Part shown: positions 13,471-27,720 of the stretch, piece by piece | How the letters are laid out: each line of letters starts with the position of its first letter | Position numbering within the stretch: position 1 is the first letter of the stretch | DNA from: Phoronis australis | Taxonomy: Eukaryota > Animalia > Phoronida | Length of the DNA stretch: 64,000 nucleotides | Reading direction: 5' to 3' | Assembly (NCBI GenBank): GCA_002633005.1 | Contig: NMRA01000060.1 | Coordinates: 616,016 to 680,015 of the forward strand | Program-made: the position numbers and the translations under genes | Notes under the pieces: model-generated | Seen by the model: only the letters and a program-made list of their open reading frames with translations | The model's database searches: none | What the model was told of the DNA's origin: nothing

Positions 13471-16400
13471 TACCTCTATCAATCCCGGTAAGCTTTGTGC
13501 TGACTAATATCCGGATATGCGAAATCGTTAAACCGATTCAGCAGCAACTCCGCTATTAGCTCTGCCGTCCTTGAACAGGTTAAATTCGTGTGACAAAGAG
13601 ATTAAAACATACTTCGCCACGTGCATCGCACTACAATGTTTTCCCAAGGCCAACAATCAGGTCCTAGAATAGTACATTTCACTACAGCCCCCGTCTGCGT
13701 TTTCAATCGCGAAAGTTTTATACTTAGACACCGGAATTATAGATTGCAAGTTTTTGTCACTTTTTAAAGTATATTTTGCCTAATACTTGCAAATCAAAAT
13801 CACTGAATTTAGCAAGTGATTATTTTCCCGGCGAAGTGACACGGCAACTGCCGGCGAATTATTTCTCTGGTTGGGTGTATGAGCAGCAAAAATCCAGCAC
13901 AGGTGCGCGTTATTGCAATTCAGGTGAGGATCGCACTGTTTTGAGATAAAACATGTTTTTGTTTGCTGAAACATCGCCGTGTGTGGATGTTATTATTTTC
14001 AGCCTACTTTACATTTTTAACAGCCAGTAAAGCCGGTACCGATTTGCTGCCCACAACGCGGAAAGGGGCTCATACGTCCGGATACTCACACGGCAAACGG
14101 CTCAGGCTGGTACTTTGCATCCATTTTACGATATGGGGATAACGGTAAGACATTTGCCGACCTCGAAAGATTTTTCCTCTGATTTATTAGCAGAACGGGT
14201 ACTAATGTTGAAATTCGACGTACCTTTGCGATAATGATTGCGTTAAATGCCATTCGTCATATGCAAAGAATAGATAATAATTGGACAATAAATAATAAAA
14301 TTTGTATAAAAAGAACCAAAATGAGAATCAAAACAACCAAAAAATAACAACGCATTTACGCTCACGATGATATCAATATTGTTTTCAAGGACAATGTCTC
14401 TCGGTGTTTTGCTACATAGCTGCACACCTGAAGAAAGGAGATTTTTTGACACTACTAGCGACTCTGCATCAAGCTTTCAAATAAAAATTTTAATCGTGTT
14501 TTCAACGAATATAATGAAGGTAGGAAAGATCTAAGAATTAAAGTAGTCAACCTCATCACCGTTTTGCGTAGATTTTTTCGAAAAGTAAGTACACCGATGG
14601 CAGATTTTTAAATGTGTTATCAATACAGATTTCTAATTTTATTGATTTAAAATATGTTCTATTCCCTGTATAGTTAGCTAAATTCGAAAATCAAGTTGAA
14701 ACATTGGAACTCTTCACCGCAGGGAGAGTTCAGTGGTTATGCCGTCGTTCTTGTTGTGACTTACCTCGCCAGCATACATGCCATCTTCAGATGGGTTACC
14801 CACATTGTCAAGCGCCGTGCCTGAAACGGTTTTTGGTTGTGAAAAATTGTAGAAAAGAGTTCCTTCCACTCATCACTGCTTGTTGCCTGTCTTTCATTGA
14901 AGTGAATTATTGGATAAGACGAATGTCGTTCACGGCCACGGGTTTTACATATGATATTACCAGACGTGTACTTTAGAATTTTTATTGTTTATGTTTGATT
15001 TTGAAAAAGGTTTTAAATGTGATTTCGGTTGTTTTCTCAAGTTCCCTACCATGAGTGACTGATCCTTGCACTTTCTGTAGTGTTGGTATTTTTGGACATC
15101 ACTAAACTGTACTCGACTTCACTCGGAATATTGACGAATCCCGTGCCGTGCTTTAAGTACATTTTTAAGCATTATGATTGGTCAATTTTCTTTAGACGTG
15201 TTTGGTAGTCGCAGGTCATGAATTACATGTATTGTCAATTTCTTTTGTTGATTTCCATTTTGACATTATTGTCGAGTCAAGGCTGGGTATTACGTTTTAT
15301 TTTTTAATACACCGAATACTGTTCTTCAAGATGTCATAGGGAATTGTCAAACACGAAAATGAGTTACTCACGATGATGACACACCTCGGTAGGGCCCTTT
15401 GCAAGCTGCTGCCGAACTAAAAAATAGTCCATGCAATATTTTTCGTCATTAGTCTTTGATGCAAATTAAATTTCACCCTGACCTACAATGTTGACAGAAA
15501 ATTTGACAAAGTGCATCATTCCATGAGTGTTTTAATACTTGTCCACGGACATGTACGGACATTGCCACTGTTTGTTGCATTTACATCATTCATTTAAATC
15601 AAACACTTCTACGGCACCGAAAGTGTCAATTTCACGACAACCACGCCCAGGATCTCATAAATTCATAAACTGCAATATCAGGATGGATCTCTGTTGGTCA
15701 CATTTACCCATGTAGTTTTTTGAATGATTACGTGACAACGTGTTAATGAATGATCGACAACACATCGATTTCAACATATTCATTTACCATCAATTGTTTG
15801 TGGTAAAGACTTCCAATCAAATCCGTTTCTCTTCTTCATTAGTATGGTTTTCATTACAGTGTCATCATGTTTTGTCACTTGACCGTTAACACCGATCCAT
15901 TAATAGCTTTCATTGCGTGTTTTGTCATTTACCAATCATAACAATGGCGGCCATTTTGGAGAAAGATACGCTCGATACAGTCGTTACAAAGTCGTAGATT
16001 TTTTTAGCAAAGCTTTGTGAACGGGCAAAGCGGGCGCGAAAGCACTTGCCAAAATACTTCAAAACAATGACGATATTTGCATCTCTTGTTTCGCCTTCTG
16101 AATCGTCTTCAGGTTCTAGGTTTAATAAAAATGAAACGGATTCTTTTTTCATATGTCTATGGACTTTAAGGTTACTTCCTAGATGTCACAGATGTTAGTA
16201 CGTACATGTACTTATTGATCTGAACGGTTATGTTCGCAAAACGACCGCTGTGACCAGAATGATTGGTTCAGTGTTGTCAGTGAATAATCTCTGTGAACTT
16301 GCCTTGGTTTCGTCGGATCCGATAAGGTGCATGTATGGCCCAGCCACTTTCACTCCAAACTACCTAATTAGGTAAGGAATGTCGGCAAAATGACGTTACT

Positions 16401-18000
16401 TGATCTAAACCTGGCGTCTTTGTTGAACAAATGCAAGCTACCCATTGTAAATAACACGATTCTCACAGATATGCTCACAAGACGGCCCACAAACTTGTAT
16501 CAGATCCCGGGCCCAGTCTGCACTCTTCTGCATCGTCTCCTGGTAAGATGGCCCAGCGGCAGAGTGTACTGTTCGGCCTTAAAATCGCAGCTTACTCAGT
16601 GGTTCACATGCATGAATGAACACAGGTCACGGGCCTCAAACACGGCATTGGTGGCGGATAAATATCGCTTCTCACATACTTCCTCCGCAAGATGGCGGGG
16701 ATGAGTGCATGAACTCTCGACAATGAGAGCGGGAACTGAACTCGGCAAACCAGTAGTTGTATAGTTGATTTTGAACTGACAACGGCATAAAAACTCGTCT
16801 TTTTTGAATAGCAAGTCTAAAAAAGAACCAATTGCCGATCATCTCGAATCTTTTCATCTACAAATGGCACCAGGTAAGAACATATTTTGTCCTGAGGAGC
16901 GTCCATGTCTCTTTAGAAAAGCAAGATTTCGTAAGGTATTGGCGCGTATTTTCAATCGGTGCACGTGAATTTTGCTGGATTTTTCCGCTGCGAGACAGCT
17001 ATTGAACTTGACCCTGGTATAGTCTTTGTGGCCCGTGAACCGTGTTTGACAGTGGATATGAGTCCGCAACCCGTTGTTTTTGAATACCTAACCATTGATT
17101 TGTGCATCCGTGCATGAGAAAGTATCATGGAACTGAGAAATCTAAGGCCGAGATGGTTGTTGCACTTGCGCACTTCGTTTAGGTTTTGATTCCACTTCCG
17201 CCCGTCAACTCAGTAGAATATGTACTGTTTCAGCGATTTAGCTATCAGGACGGATCTTTTGATTTGCGGGAAGGCCTACTTTGTTGCCGGAACCTGTGCT
17301 ATAATGGTAAAATTAGAGCTAAGTTGGCGCCAAAAGGTGGTCGGCTGCGCCTACGTGCGCCTACGCCCCACTACAGCATTGGCAGGAACCAAACTGATTA
17401 TGATTGTCATCACATTGTGACTCGATGTTTGAGATTCGTCGGCGAATGTACTCCACGTTTTCATCTCCTTGTGACAGTGTTATTGGTGACACTTCAATAT
17501 CAAAAATCGATATAACAATGGCTCATATATGGTAACCTAGATTTGCGGCAAACCTCATCTTTGCTAAAAAATGTACGTTTTAAAAAACCTCTTTCATATC
17601 TGTTTTCATCAACTAAGTTTGCCACCTGACACAGCTAGTTTACTAACCTCATTATCGTAATCATTGAATGGTGAAGTTTTTTAAGCACTTGTTTTTGAAC
17701 ACACTGGGGACTTTTGCTGTATTTCGGTTAATTCACCCATTTAACCCACCACAAAAATAAAGTATTGACAGACTTTTCATAGCGCACTGATTCAAAAGGT
17801 TTGGTAACGGCACTGCCCTGATTACTGATTTGTTCATAATATGTCTGGCTTCGTCTGCTCCCGGAGGAGCTTGCAGTCAAGACACGGAATTTTTCATAAA
17901 TGGTTCTTTGCAGCTGCTGCCGTACCAGGCACCGCTCACAGGCGTCGCTGTAGTATTCGTCTCTTCCTACAAATGTATAGAACTGTGTATTCACATTAAC

Positions 18001-18360
18001 GGCGTAAAACAATTATTTGTGGTGTAAAGTAATTACTTGTGGCGTAAAGTGAACTTTAATGGCACAAAGTAATTATTTGCGGTACAAAGTAATAACTTTA
18101 CGCCTCTTAATAATTCCTTTATGCCTCTAAATAATCACTTTGTGCCTCTAACAAGAATTAACTACAACCGTAATTTATAGGGCGTAAAGTAATTATTTGC
18201 GGTGTAAACTTTGCGCCTCAAAAAATTACATTAAGCCGCAAATAATTATTTTGCGCCACAAATAATTACTTAACGCCTCAAATAATTATTTTATTCATCT
18301 AATTAGAATTAATTATGGACTTATTTAGGTGCGTTACGTTCACCCATTTAGCCAACGATA
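18001..18360. repeat. Foldback-like element of ~20-bp subrepeats in both orientations; second copy ~56505-56676
   Basis: GGCGTAAAGTAATTATTTGT-type units alternate with reverse-complement blocks. Both loci end in GTTCRCCCATTTRGCCAACG. Confidence 0.75.
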
Positions 18361-19779
18361 GACCCGACGCGTTTACATGCATCGGTTGGTTTTCAGATTC
18401 GTCATATTCGCCGAATAATGCTTTTAGAGATTATCAATGTCCAGAAAAAGTGTATTTTGATTTGCTGTGAATTTAATCAACATCAGTAGTAACACTTATG
18501 TATCAATTGCAGCTTTTCCATTACTGTTGTGCGTACGCCGTTGGCCTATTTTATCCCGTTCGCTGCCTCTCGAACGAGAAACGTGGGTTCTCTGGGGTAT
18601 TACGTCTTAGAATAACTACCACAACTGCTGTACTTTAGAAAATACTTCAGCGGTGGCGTCTATATGTAACTCTAGTGAATCCACGCACCTTTAGCGTCAC
18701 CCATTGATCCGTATGTAAAAGTAACTATGGAGGGCGTCGTCATAGAATCATATTTCTCCTCTCTTTTTGCTTTTGATTCGCATTGTATGCTGATTTGTAA
18801 TCTTGCCATACAAGTGGAACGAAACCGATAATTCTGACACTTACAAAACATGTTAGATAAAATGCCAAATATTTGAACTTTTGCCAGTTCTCATCATCGT
18901 CGCCATTGTTGACTTTTTTGTAAATATCCATAAACTACTTCGATATTGTATATTATTACGGTGCGTAAACATTTTAATGTTCATTTTGTCGTTTTCTCGT
19001 AACCTATGTGTGTTGCCGATATAATAGTAATAACCATACAGATGAATGCTCACCCATACATGCTTGTTGATGTAGAATCTATGGGCTAGAAAACGGAAAA
19101 GACAGCAGGAGACTATGAATCCGGTAATTACTAGAAGAAATAGCAGGTTCTGAATTGAAATTATAGTTATCGAAATGATCCTCTATCTCATGGTGGTCCT
19201 TAGAATGAGTAGTTCAGGGCAACTGATATGTGATTAGAGTCATTGCATTCCATTAAGGATGACAAAGCGAGTGATTTTAGCAGTTATTAAGGGGTTGAAC
19301 ATATCAAAAAGAATCATTCAGTATCTACACCATAATTAAATTGATTGTGTATCGTATTTGATCCGATGCGTCTGTCTCAAATAACGCGTTTTGTTTCAGA
19401 AAATTTCAATGCATTTTCCATACATTAGGCAAAGTATTGAAACTGAGAGAATGTGAAACATGAGTCATGCGTAAGGCCACCCTATAATGCTTCATCGCCG
19501 CATCAATTAAGCTGGTGGCAGGTTCGTGTTATGGTTTGTGAGCCATGTGTTCTGCTCAGTCTACTGGAGGAATCGGGTTTAAATTTAGTCCAACTTTGAC
19601 TTTATTATCTCCGGTCTAATTGTTATGCTTCAAAAACGAATTGTGGACACTCGCACTCGAGTTAGGAAAAAAATAAATTCTAATGTCCTTTCCCAGCCAC
19701 CGTAGCCGGCCAAGATCATTGCTTTCAGGTTTCATAACAACGTCAGGTTAAAAGCAGGAGGCCATTCCCAAATCAATTC

Positions 19780-20500
19780 TAGTGACCCTCCCTTATATAT
19801 GAGAGGGTTTTGACGCAAAAATTTGCACCGTTGCCATAGTGGCAAAGTATTTTACCAGTCAAAATAAAAAAATCAGGTTAGAGGCCAAATTCGTGTTAGA
19901 ACAGCGGCAACCTTGCCCGGAGTTCACACAGTAGGGTTGCTGGTTAGTTAAATTACTTTTCGTTACAGTGGTAACCCGGTATTTTCCAGTCATCTTAGAC
20001 ATGATGGGCGTCATGTTAGAGGCAGCTTATCATTCATAATCAGTTTAGTGACTCTATCTAGAAGCATAAGAAGTTGCTAAGCTGAATGTGTACTGTTCTT
20101 GTGACAACCAGGTATTTTGGAATAACAACAGTATGTATTATAAGCTGCACTGCCACATGCCAACTAAATTTTTCACATCAAGAGCTGTTAGTGCTATCAG
20201 TGATGTGCCACACAAACTAGGAAATAGTTTGAAAATCAAAAAATGACTGCCGCGGAAATCAGTGCAACCTGTCAACTGATTCTTCAACAACGTAAAGACT
20301 GCATAGAGTACTGTGCACTTGTAAAACGCTTTCAATAGAATCAAATGAATAAAGTAAAGTATTTCGGTTGGCTTTATGAAAGGTGTGTACTTATATATGT
20401 AGCATAATTTTAGAAATCCGATGTTAAAAGAGTTGCCATCACAACGGAGATGCATATTCATCTCAAGCATAAGACAAGACCAGTGGTAATGCTATAGTGT
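19780..20500. repeat. Dispersed repeat, copy 1 (copy 2 at ~30475-31350)
   Basis: Collinear shared blocks at both loci: GTGACCCTC, GCCAARTTCGTGTTAGAA, CCAGGTATTTTG, TGAAAGGTGTG..GTAGCATAATTT..TTAAAAGAGTTGCCA. Confidence 0.75.
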
Positions 20501-23500
20501 TCACTAGGTTTATATGGATAGAGTCACAGGATTCTTTGGATTAGTTTTCGGCTCAAAGCTTTCCAGGTTTAATACATTATAAAAAGCAGTACGTTTGTTC
20601 ATATGTTTACAGTCATTTTTGTATGTTTCTGATAACATTACGTTGAAACAGTTCTATAGCGAAAAATATAATTATTGAGCAAACGTATTAAGTAATTAAT
20701 CCCACGGGAAACTAGGTCGCATGCTCGTCGCAGAGATATCGTTAGATAGGTGTGTCCATTGTTCACTTTGTTTTTCTTTCTTATAATGAAGATAATGGTA
20801 AGTATTTATAGGTAACCGGCTGATGTGTGCCCAAGGTACGATATCCTTGCCGCCTGTATTGTTATATGCAACATAGACGTAACAAAAGAAAACAATGATA
20901 GTGTACTCCCATAGGCGATAACCATGCGACGCACTTACGCCAGTCGCATGTATCTCTCAGGTTAAACAATAGCTTGTGACATCCATACGACGCCATTTGG
21001 CATGGGATGGTAGGAAAACGCTTTTTGCCATCTACACAAAATATTCATATTGCCTGCAGTTGCTTTCAAACCCCCACAAACATCATTAACTGATAAATGT
21101 GCACTGTATTTAATAATTCTTGAATTAACAATTTTCATTAGTTTTTCGGGAATTGGCTGTTGCGATGTCTTTGACCACAATTTCATATGGGCATCGAATG
21201 TAAATAAATTAGATGGTTACCTTATGCACTGGCTTGAACTGAGAAATTTTGTAAACAAGCCCAATTAACAGTTCCACTGATTTGATTCTTGTAGTATGTC
21301 AAAACGGTTCGATTTTAACGTTTATTAGAACTAAAGGGCTATAGTCTTCATTGTAATGTTTGCAACACATGCTGCTTTGCATTGTCATTTAATTCAATAT
21401 TTTCATGGAATAGTTTTAGCCAGTCAGTACTTAATTAATTGTGCTTGTACAGATCATGGCTACTAACTTAGAAAAATAACAACTGACCTTGTATCTGAAG
21501 AAATACGATGGCCTTCAAGTCGAACACAAGTCTATGATCTATTATTTCGGATCGCTGCACTTTTCAATGTTCCCAGAAAATGTATTATTTCGCCTGCAGC
21601 TGTAATGCCATGGCCTAATATTTAGAAGTTGCAGTATGTTCAACTCCCCATTTTCTTTCTTTCACTTTCCTCGAATCTTCACAAATTGTCCATTGTTTTT
21701 GTTTTCAGCCAATTATAGCGTTTGTGTTTTAAAAGCGCGACTTACGGCCAAATGAGTATACACGCATACACATATAAGCGACTCTTAGCATGGTGACGGT
21801 TGATGATTTGAGAGACACCAGAGTCATGCGACTGACAACTTGTGGATATAGAGGAATCAGAAGACAACTTGATTGGCAAATGCCAACGCGAACCGTGCTT
21901 AATCGTGAGGTTCACTGTGACTGTGACAGATTGTCTTACACATTGAGCTTCACTGGCCTCTTTTCCGGTCATGAATATTTCGTGGTGCAACGTTGAGTTA
22001 TAATAAGGGCACGAGTAGTATAACTTGCCAGTTTAGATAAATAATGACAGCAGTCACAAGTGGCTTCCCTGGAAGAAGAAGAACGGAAATTATTCTTTAT
22101 ATGTGACCTTATACTTTTCATTGGCTCATGTAAATTATATCAGCCAGACATTAACTTATGAGAGGGGTGTTGATTTAATAGCCTTAAATGACCTACTTAG
22201 GGGGCGCACTATACAGTCTGTAGATATTACAGGCTTTTGGCTGCCGACGCACACCGAGGTAGAGATGAGTCCTTTCCTCACGTCCTAATCAAGAGTCTGA
22301 AAAAACAAAGGGTTTTGTAGCATTCTCAACTCACAAGCACTGCTCGTGATAACTGAAACTTAATTACGCTACAGATTTTTAATCGGTTAATTCACATCGA
22401 AAAAAGCCCGGCACACAAAAATGTTACCAAAAACACAAAATTTGACAGATTTTCCCCAAAATTACTACTTCCCTGTAAGTGATAGAAAAAATCTGACTAC
22501 AGATTCCGAATGCTCGTACTCCCTAGATTTCAAAAATGTTGCCAGTTTTGATCTGTTTGACAGCAACCTGAAATGGCATCCGGTTTCTCACACTGCAGCA
22601 GGCGACAGGGGTTGAAAGCTAATGACACCACCATTTTGCGTCAAAAGTAGGTCACGGCTAAGAATCGTGGCTTTTCTCGTTCAAAAGCACAAGAACTCAG
22701 TCTCCTTGATATTATTTTCAACTTATTCCTCAAAACAGCCGCCAAACGTGACACACGCCCTTTACATAAATTCTGGGGACTAAAAATGCCACTTGGCCGC
22801 GCAGCCAAACTGTTCAAAGCTACCTTTGGAAACTCGTTTTCATAACCAGATTTAACCCTTTTTTAAAAAGTTTGTTCGCACTATTGAGCCTGACAACCCC
22901 CAAACAGTGACCATTCATAATTTTAGGTAATTGTTTGCTTCTAACCTGAGTTTTGCATCAAAATAGACAAAGTTGTTGACGGAATCAAAGAAATCGGTGC
23001 TGCAATACGTGCACCAAATTGGTTTCTTCACATTCGCCAAATGTATGGTGCATGCACATGGACTTCACGAATAGCATAGATAGCTTCCTCTGGTGTGTCC
23101 GTAAGTCTAACCTGGGTGTTTTCAGTGTGTCTTTTATCCACTGTCAGTACTTCAGGATGTGGTAATGGTTCCTTGGCCTCGGCTATAAACTCTACTCACT
23201 ATCCCCCAAACCGCAGTCGCGAACCAGCAAACACCAAACCCTAATAAAAATTTCATACCTGCACCCCTAAATTTCGAGCACGCGCCGAAAATATTCCATA
23301 TCCAGTGATCAGCTCCTGGGACCAGATCCTCACCTGACCCAGGTCCGATCCGGGCATGAAATTGGCCCCCGGTTATGAAGTTTGAATACCCCACTGCACA
23401 ATAACTGCAAATGCTGCTGTTACATCTTTGTAGCTCGTTAAAAAAGTTAATTTCAATTTTCGTGCTGTATGAAATTGTTACGAAGTAAGAGTTTGTAGAT

Positions 23501-24817
23501 AAGGAATTTGTTGCGGTAATCTCGTTCAGTAATTAGAAATCTGTGGGAGTGAGATTCCTAAACGAAACGGCAAGTTTTCATAAGTAAGTTGAATTGAAAA
23601 GTAATCCACCATTGTTGAACTGGTGCAATTAAAGGGACACATGAAGGCATTTTTCGTCAATTTTCAATATTTAACCTTTTTTAAAAGGTATTTTGACCTC
23701 CTGAGTCAGTTTGTATCAAAACGAACTTAACAAAAAACAGAAAGGCTGGGGGTTTGAATAAGTAGCACATACAGCGCAAACACTGTGTCTGATCTATTGA
23801 ATTACTAATGTATTAAGTTTTCTACCGGCTTTTGGCTTAACTTCTCAGGTCAAATGTCAGCTTGTTAGGTAACGAGACTGTTATTAAAAATTGTCTTCTG
23901 TCTTGGACATTGAACACATTTATCAGAATGGAAAGACGTGGAAGCTCAACTTTCAGACGGTCGAAACTTGAGAACTTACTGTGCCACAATATATAGAAAT
24001 CGACCAAAAGGTTAAAGACACCTATTGTCTTATACAAGTACGTTCTTGAAGTAAACGAAATAATTTCAATCGAAACGAAACATTTCTATATCGCGATTCG
24101 ATCATTTATGTCTCCCACAGTTCTATCCTGGGGTATTTTCATAGAACTTCGATCGGAGAGACCAATAAAGACCACACTGTCGCGCATGCGTCATACATTA
24201 TTATTTGGACCGTGGTTTCGCTTTAATTAGATCAACCTGGGCCCGGAATCTAATCTCAGTACTTGAAACGAACTCGAAATTATTTTTTGGCAATTTCTCT
24301 GTTACTTTTATGCGAACTGGAGATAAGTGGTTATTAGACTGTACTCGAATACGTTACAGTTTACGCATATGATTTTCTAATCCATGTTTGCACTTGATGA
24401 CTCTTACATTTGTGCTACAAACTCGAGTAAAAACTCAAAATTTCGAGTTTAAACTCGAACTTTCAGCCTTAATGTTAGGTTTATCAACTTCAAACTAGGA
24501 CTAAAAATTATCTACATAATCCATTATGTACTCGAGCATAGAGTAATAGACAGTTATCTTGAGTTGCACTAAAGTAGAGTAAAAAATGCCAAACATAATT
24601 TCGAGTGCCATGTCAAGTCCGGGCCGTGGTGATGAGGTTGTTTGACGTGAATCAAGGAAATTACAACATCTGCAATCATTCACTGCAAGTGAACAAAAGA
24701 TGAGCAATTACTCTGCTCAGTGATCTTTGTCCTTACACTCCAATTACATCGCATATAGTTTGAACTGAGACGCTCTCATAAGTTTGTAATTGCTGCTGTT
24801 GCCCTACTGTATCTAGG

Positions 24818-26361
24818 CAGTGGCGGATCTACGTTTTCAGCAAGGGGGTGGTTTGGGATTCCCGCCAAAGTCGAATCCTAGGCGCGTAGCGCCGAGCGGG
24901 GGAGGTCGGGAGGGGGGTTTCCCCTCCCGTGTAAGATATTTTTTGTTTTTGTAGCCAAATAGTGAAATTTCCATGCATCCTGGTAAGTTTCTGTCACTTA
25001 ACATGTCTCTGGAGTTTTTCTTAAGATAATTAAAAACCGTTCTCGATTTCGTCACATGAACTTGGCACATAAGTTTCGTGAAACCATATTGTGCACATCT
25101 GGGTATGAGTCACGCCACCAGCAAAAATTTCTGTTGGAACATCTGCTTACACACACCTTTTTTAGCATACGAAAAGTCGTATACGAAAAAGTGTGGTGTG
25201 TATACAGGGGCTTAGACAATTTCCAAATATTCAAGAGCATAATTAAGGAGCACCGACGGGGCGTAAAAACTTGAATATCAGATGATCGCGTAACAGCAGC
25301 CTCAAGTTGTTTAAGAACGAAGACCTGTACTGTTAGTCCGGAAATAAACATGTGTTCTGTCTCGTTACGAGAAAAACTGGCGAACGATGGTGCTCTCAAC
25401 TCATAGTCTATTATAAAAAGCGACAATAAATAATTAGGTACCTCTTTATTAAGCTGAATCACGTTGACAACAATTGGAAAACGTCAAATCTACCAGGAAA
25501 CAAATCATCTGAAAACAGTTTCACGAAACCAAAACATCCTGTGCACAGTGGTGAAAAGATACACTGGACTAGTTTGCAGAGGGACCAGATGTACACTGAG
25601 AGTACACAAAAAGCTGACCTGGTCCNNNNNNNNNNNNNNNNNNNNNNNNNNNNNNNNNNNNNNNNNNNNNNNNNNNTTCCTTGTATAGACATAACTTGTT
25701 ACAGAGTGTGTCTTCAAACGGACTCGCGACCAGACCACGGCGCCCGCCACAATAGCAATTTTTCGGAAAAAGATTTTTTTCAAAAATATTACATGTACAT
25801 GTACACAATATTACATGTACATGTACACTGTATGATATTGCGCAAGACAACTTTACTATACATCAGTTACAAACGTGTGGAGTGTAATAGAATGACACGG
25901 CATGACAGATGAGGTAAAAACGTTGCACGTCAATTCGCCTGAATATCAGGGTTGCGGCACCGCAGTATTTCCCCTAATCAAATCAAAATATATCTTAAAG
26001 TAAAGAAGCTAGTTACCTAAAGAAATCAGCTATAGAACTGCTCTTTCAGCGGTGAATCCATCTAAAATGCTTGGCTACTTCAGAAGTGTCGACGGAAGCG
26101 CGCGCACAATAAATCCCCGCGCGTTTTGCCGATGAGCCACAAAGACTCAGCAATTCACAATGCAAAAAACTATATTTTCAGAGTGAACCCCCCCCTCAAT
26201 TTTTTCCAAGTTGGTTTACTTGGGGTTTACACACGCTGGCGGTGCCGTTTTTGTTTTGCTGGAGACGCTTTTGTTTTTTGTTTTTTTTTTTTAATTTTTG
26301 GGTCCTGGACCGAGGGGGGGGGGGGTTTAAACCCCCTGAACCCCCCGTAGATCTGCCACTG
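24818..26361. mobile_element. Non-autonomous DNA transposon, hAT-like termini, 5-bp TSD
   Basis: TIRs CAGTGGCGGATCTACG / CGTAGATCTGCCACTG; CTAGG duplicated at 24813-24817 and 26362-26366; G/C-run subterminal regions; spans the assembly gap. Confidence 0.85.
25626..25676. other. Assembly gap (51 N)
   Basis: Run of N; true length unknown. Confidence 1.
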
Positions 26362-26399
26362 CTAGGATGACTAATAAAACGACAGCCAGTATGAGTTGT

Positions 26400-27720
26400 G
26401 CGGTACTTAACACAAAGAAAACGCTATAGTAAATGTAGTGATACTTGTACAAAAGTATTGATACCATTCAGCAAGAATAACCAATATCTCGCTTTTTGAC
26501 TCATTGTTCTACCATTCTTGAAAGGCACAATCCCTGACTCTTTGAGCGAATATTTATAAACGTTTCCGTGTTGGCAACCTTGTGTTTTAGCCAAACATAA
26601 GCAAACACTCGTATCATGCAACAGTTCTTTTACATTTCTGGCCCATGTTTTCCTATCAACATTGATAGGAAAACATGTTTGCATCCTTTTTCCTAACAAT
26701 GATTCAAGTTGTTATAATAACTGTAGAACCTTTTAACCATTTCAACGACTACCATTTCTAATTTACCAACGAAACAAAAGCGTATGCTGACCACGGTCGT
26801 ATGCTTTTTAAAAACTGTTAGATAACACCTACCTTTTCTTTTCCTTAAATACATTTGAATGGGAGCATGGAGAGCGATAATGAGGTCAACAGAACTGCAA
26901 ACCTTTGTGCAACTGGCGTGCTCTTCAGCTAGTCATTTGGCTTGGACACAATTCTTTCAACTATAATAATTCAGAAAACGTTACTTAAAATGCTTAATAA
27001 GGATATACCTCAATAATCATTACCATTGTTTGGATTTCCTTTTTATACAAGAGGACATTAGATTACATCTTTTGGACACGTATTTATGACTTAATGTTTT
27101 GTTGAAAAGTTTGACAACAATTGGCATTATTAATGGCTTGCTCAATTTAATGAGCTCTCCTGGGTCGATGTAAATGCCCAATGTGTTGTTAGTTTTTATG
27201 AGGTTAATTGCATCTTTCATCTACTCGCTTGTAATGGACCATTTAGTTCATGCGCTAGGTCATCAATACAATCACCACAGAAAGCGGCCTACTTCTTATT
27301 TTCTTCTTCAATTTGGCCCAGAAAATTTGCATTCCCGTCATTAGTTTGATTTAAAAATTCCACAAAATACTATGTCCGTTGTATCCGCGTTTCGTTGTTA
27401 GCAACATTAGATTTATTTTTTTATATCTAGCATTCATCCGCGTCTTTTGATGTTCGTTTAGCATGATTATGCAATAAAATTTCTTATTAATTCGAGCTCT
27501 CCTGAGTTACATAAACATTTTCAGAGCTTCATTTTGCATGTTTTTTTTAGTTATAATCTTGCTCTTGTCATCGTTTCTAGTCAATTTCACAAGAAAGCTT
27601 ATTTTGTGTCAATTGGCTGTTCACGGTTCCTTTGCACGTTTCTTCGAGTTTATTATTCCATTTGATAAAAAATAGATTGCACATGTCCATATTTCAAAAT
27701 TTGAATCCACGAAATTGTAA
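26400..27720 (-). mobile_element. Highly decayed LINE ORF2 fragment
   Basis: Minus-strand peptides KDAINLIKTNNTLGIYIDPGELIK..IVVKLFNKTL (pre-RT GxDxIxxExxK..LFN motif) and TWARNVKELL (ORF2 C-terminal region); many stops and frameshifts. Confidence 0.65.

Noticed and set aside
23052-23100. Alternative first coding exon (MHMDFTNSIDSFLWCV, phase-1 GTAAGT donor)
   Set aside because: Phase fits, but the peptide is acidic with a very short hydrophobic core; 3915-3975 is a much better signal-peptide exon with a strong acceptor.
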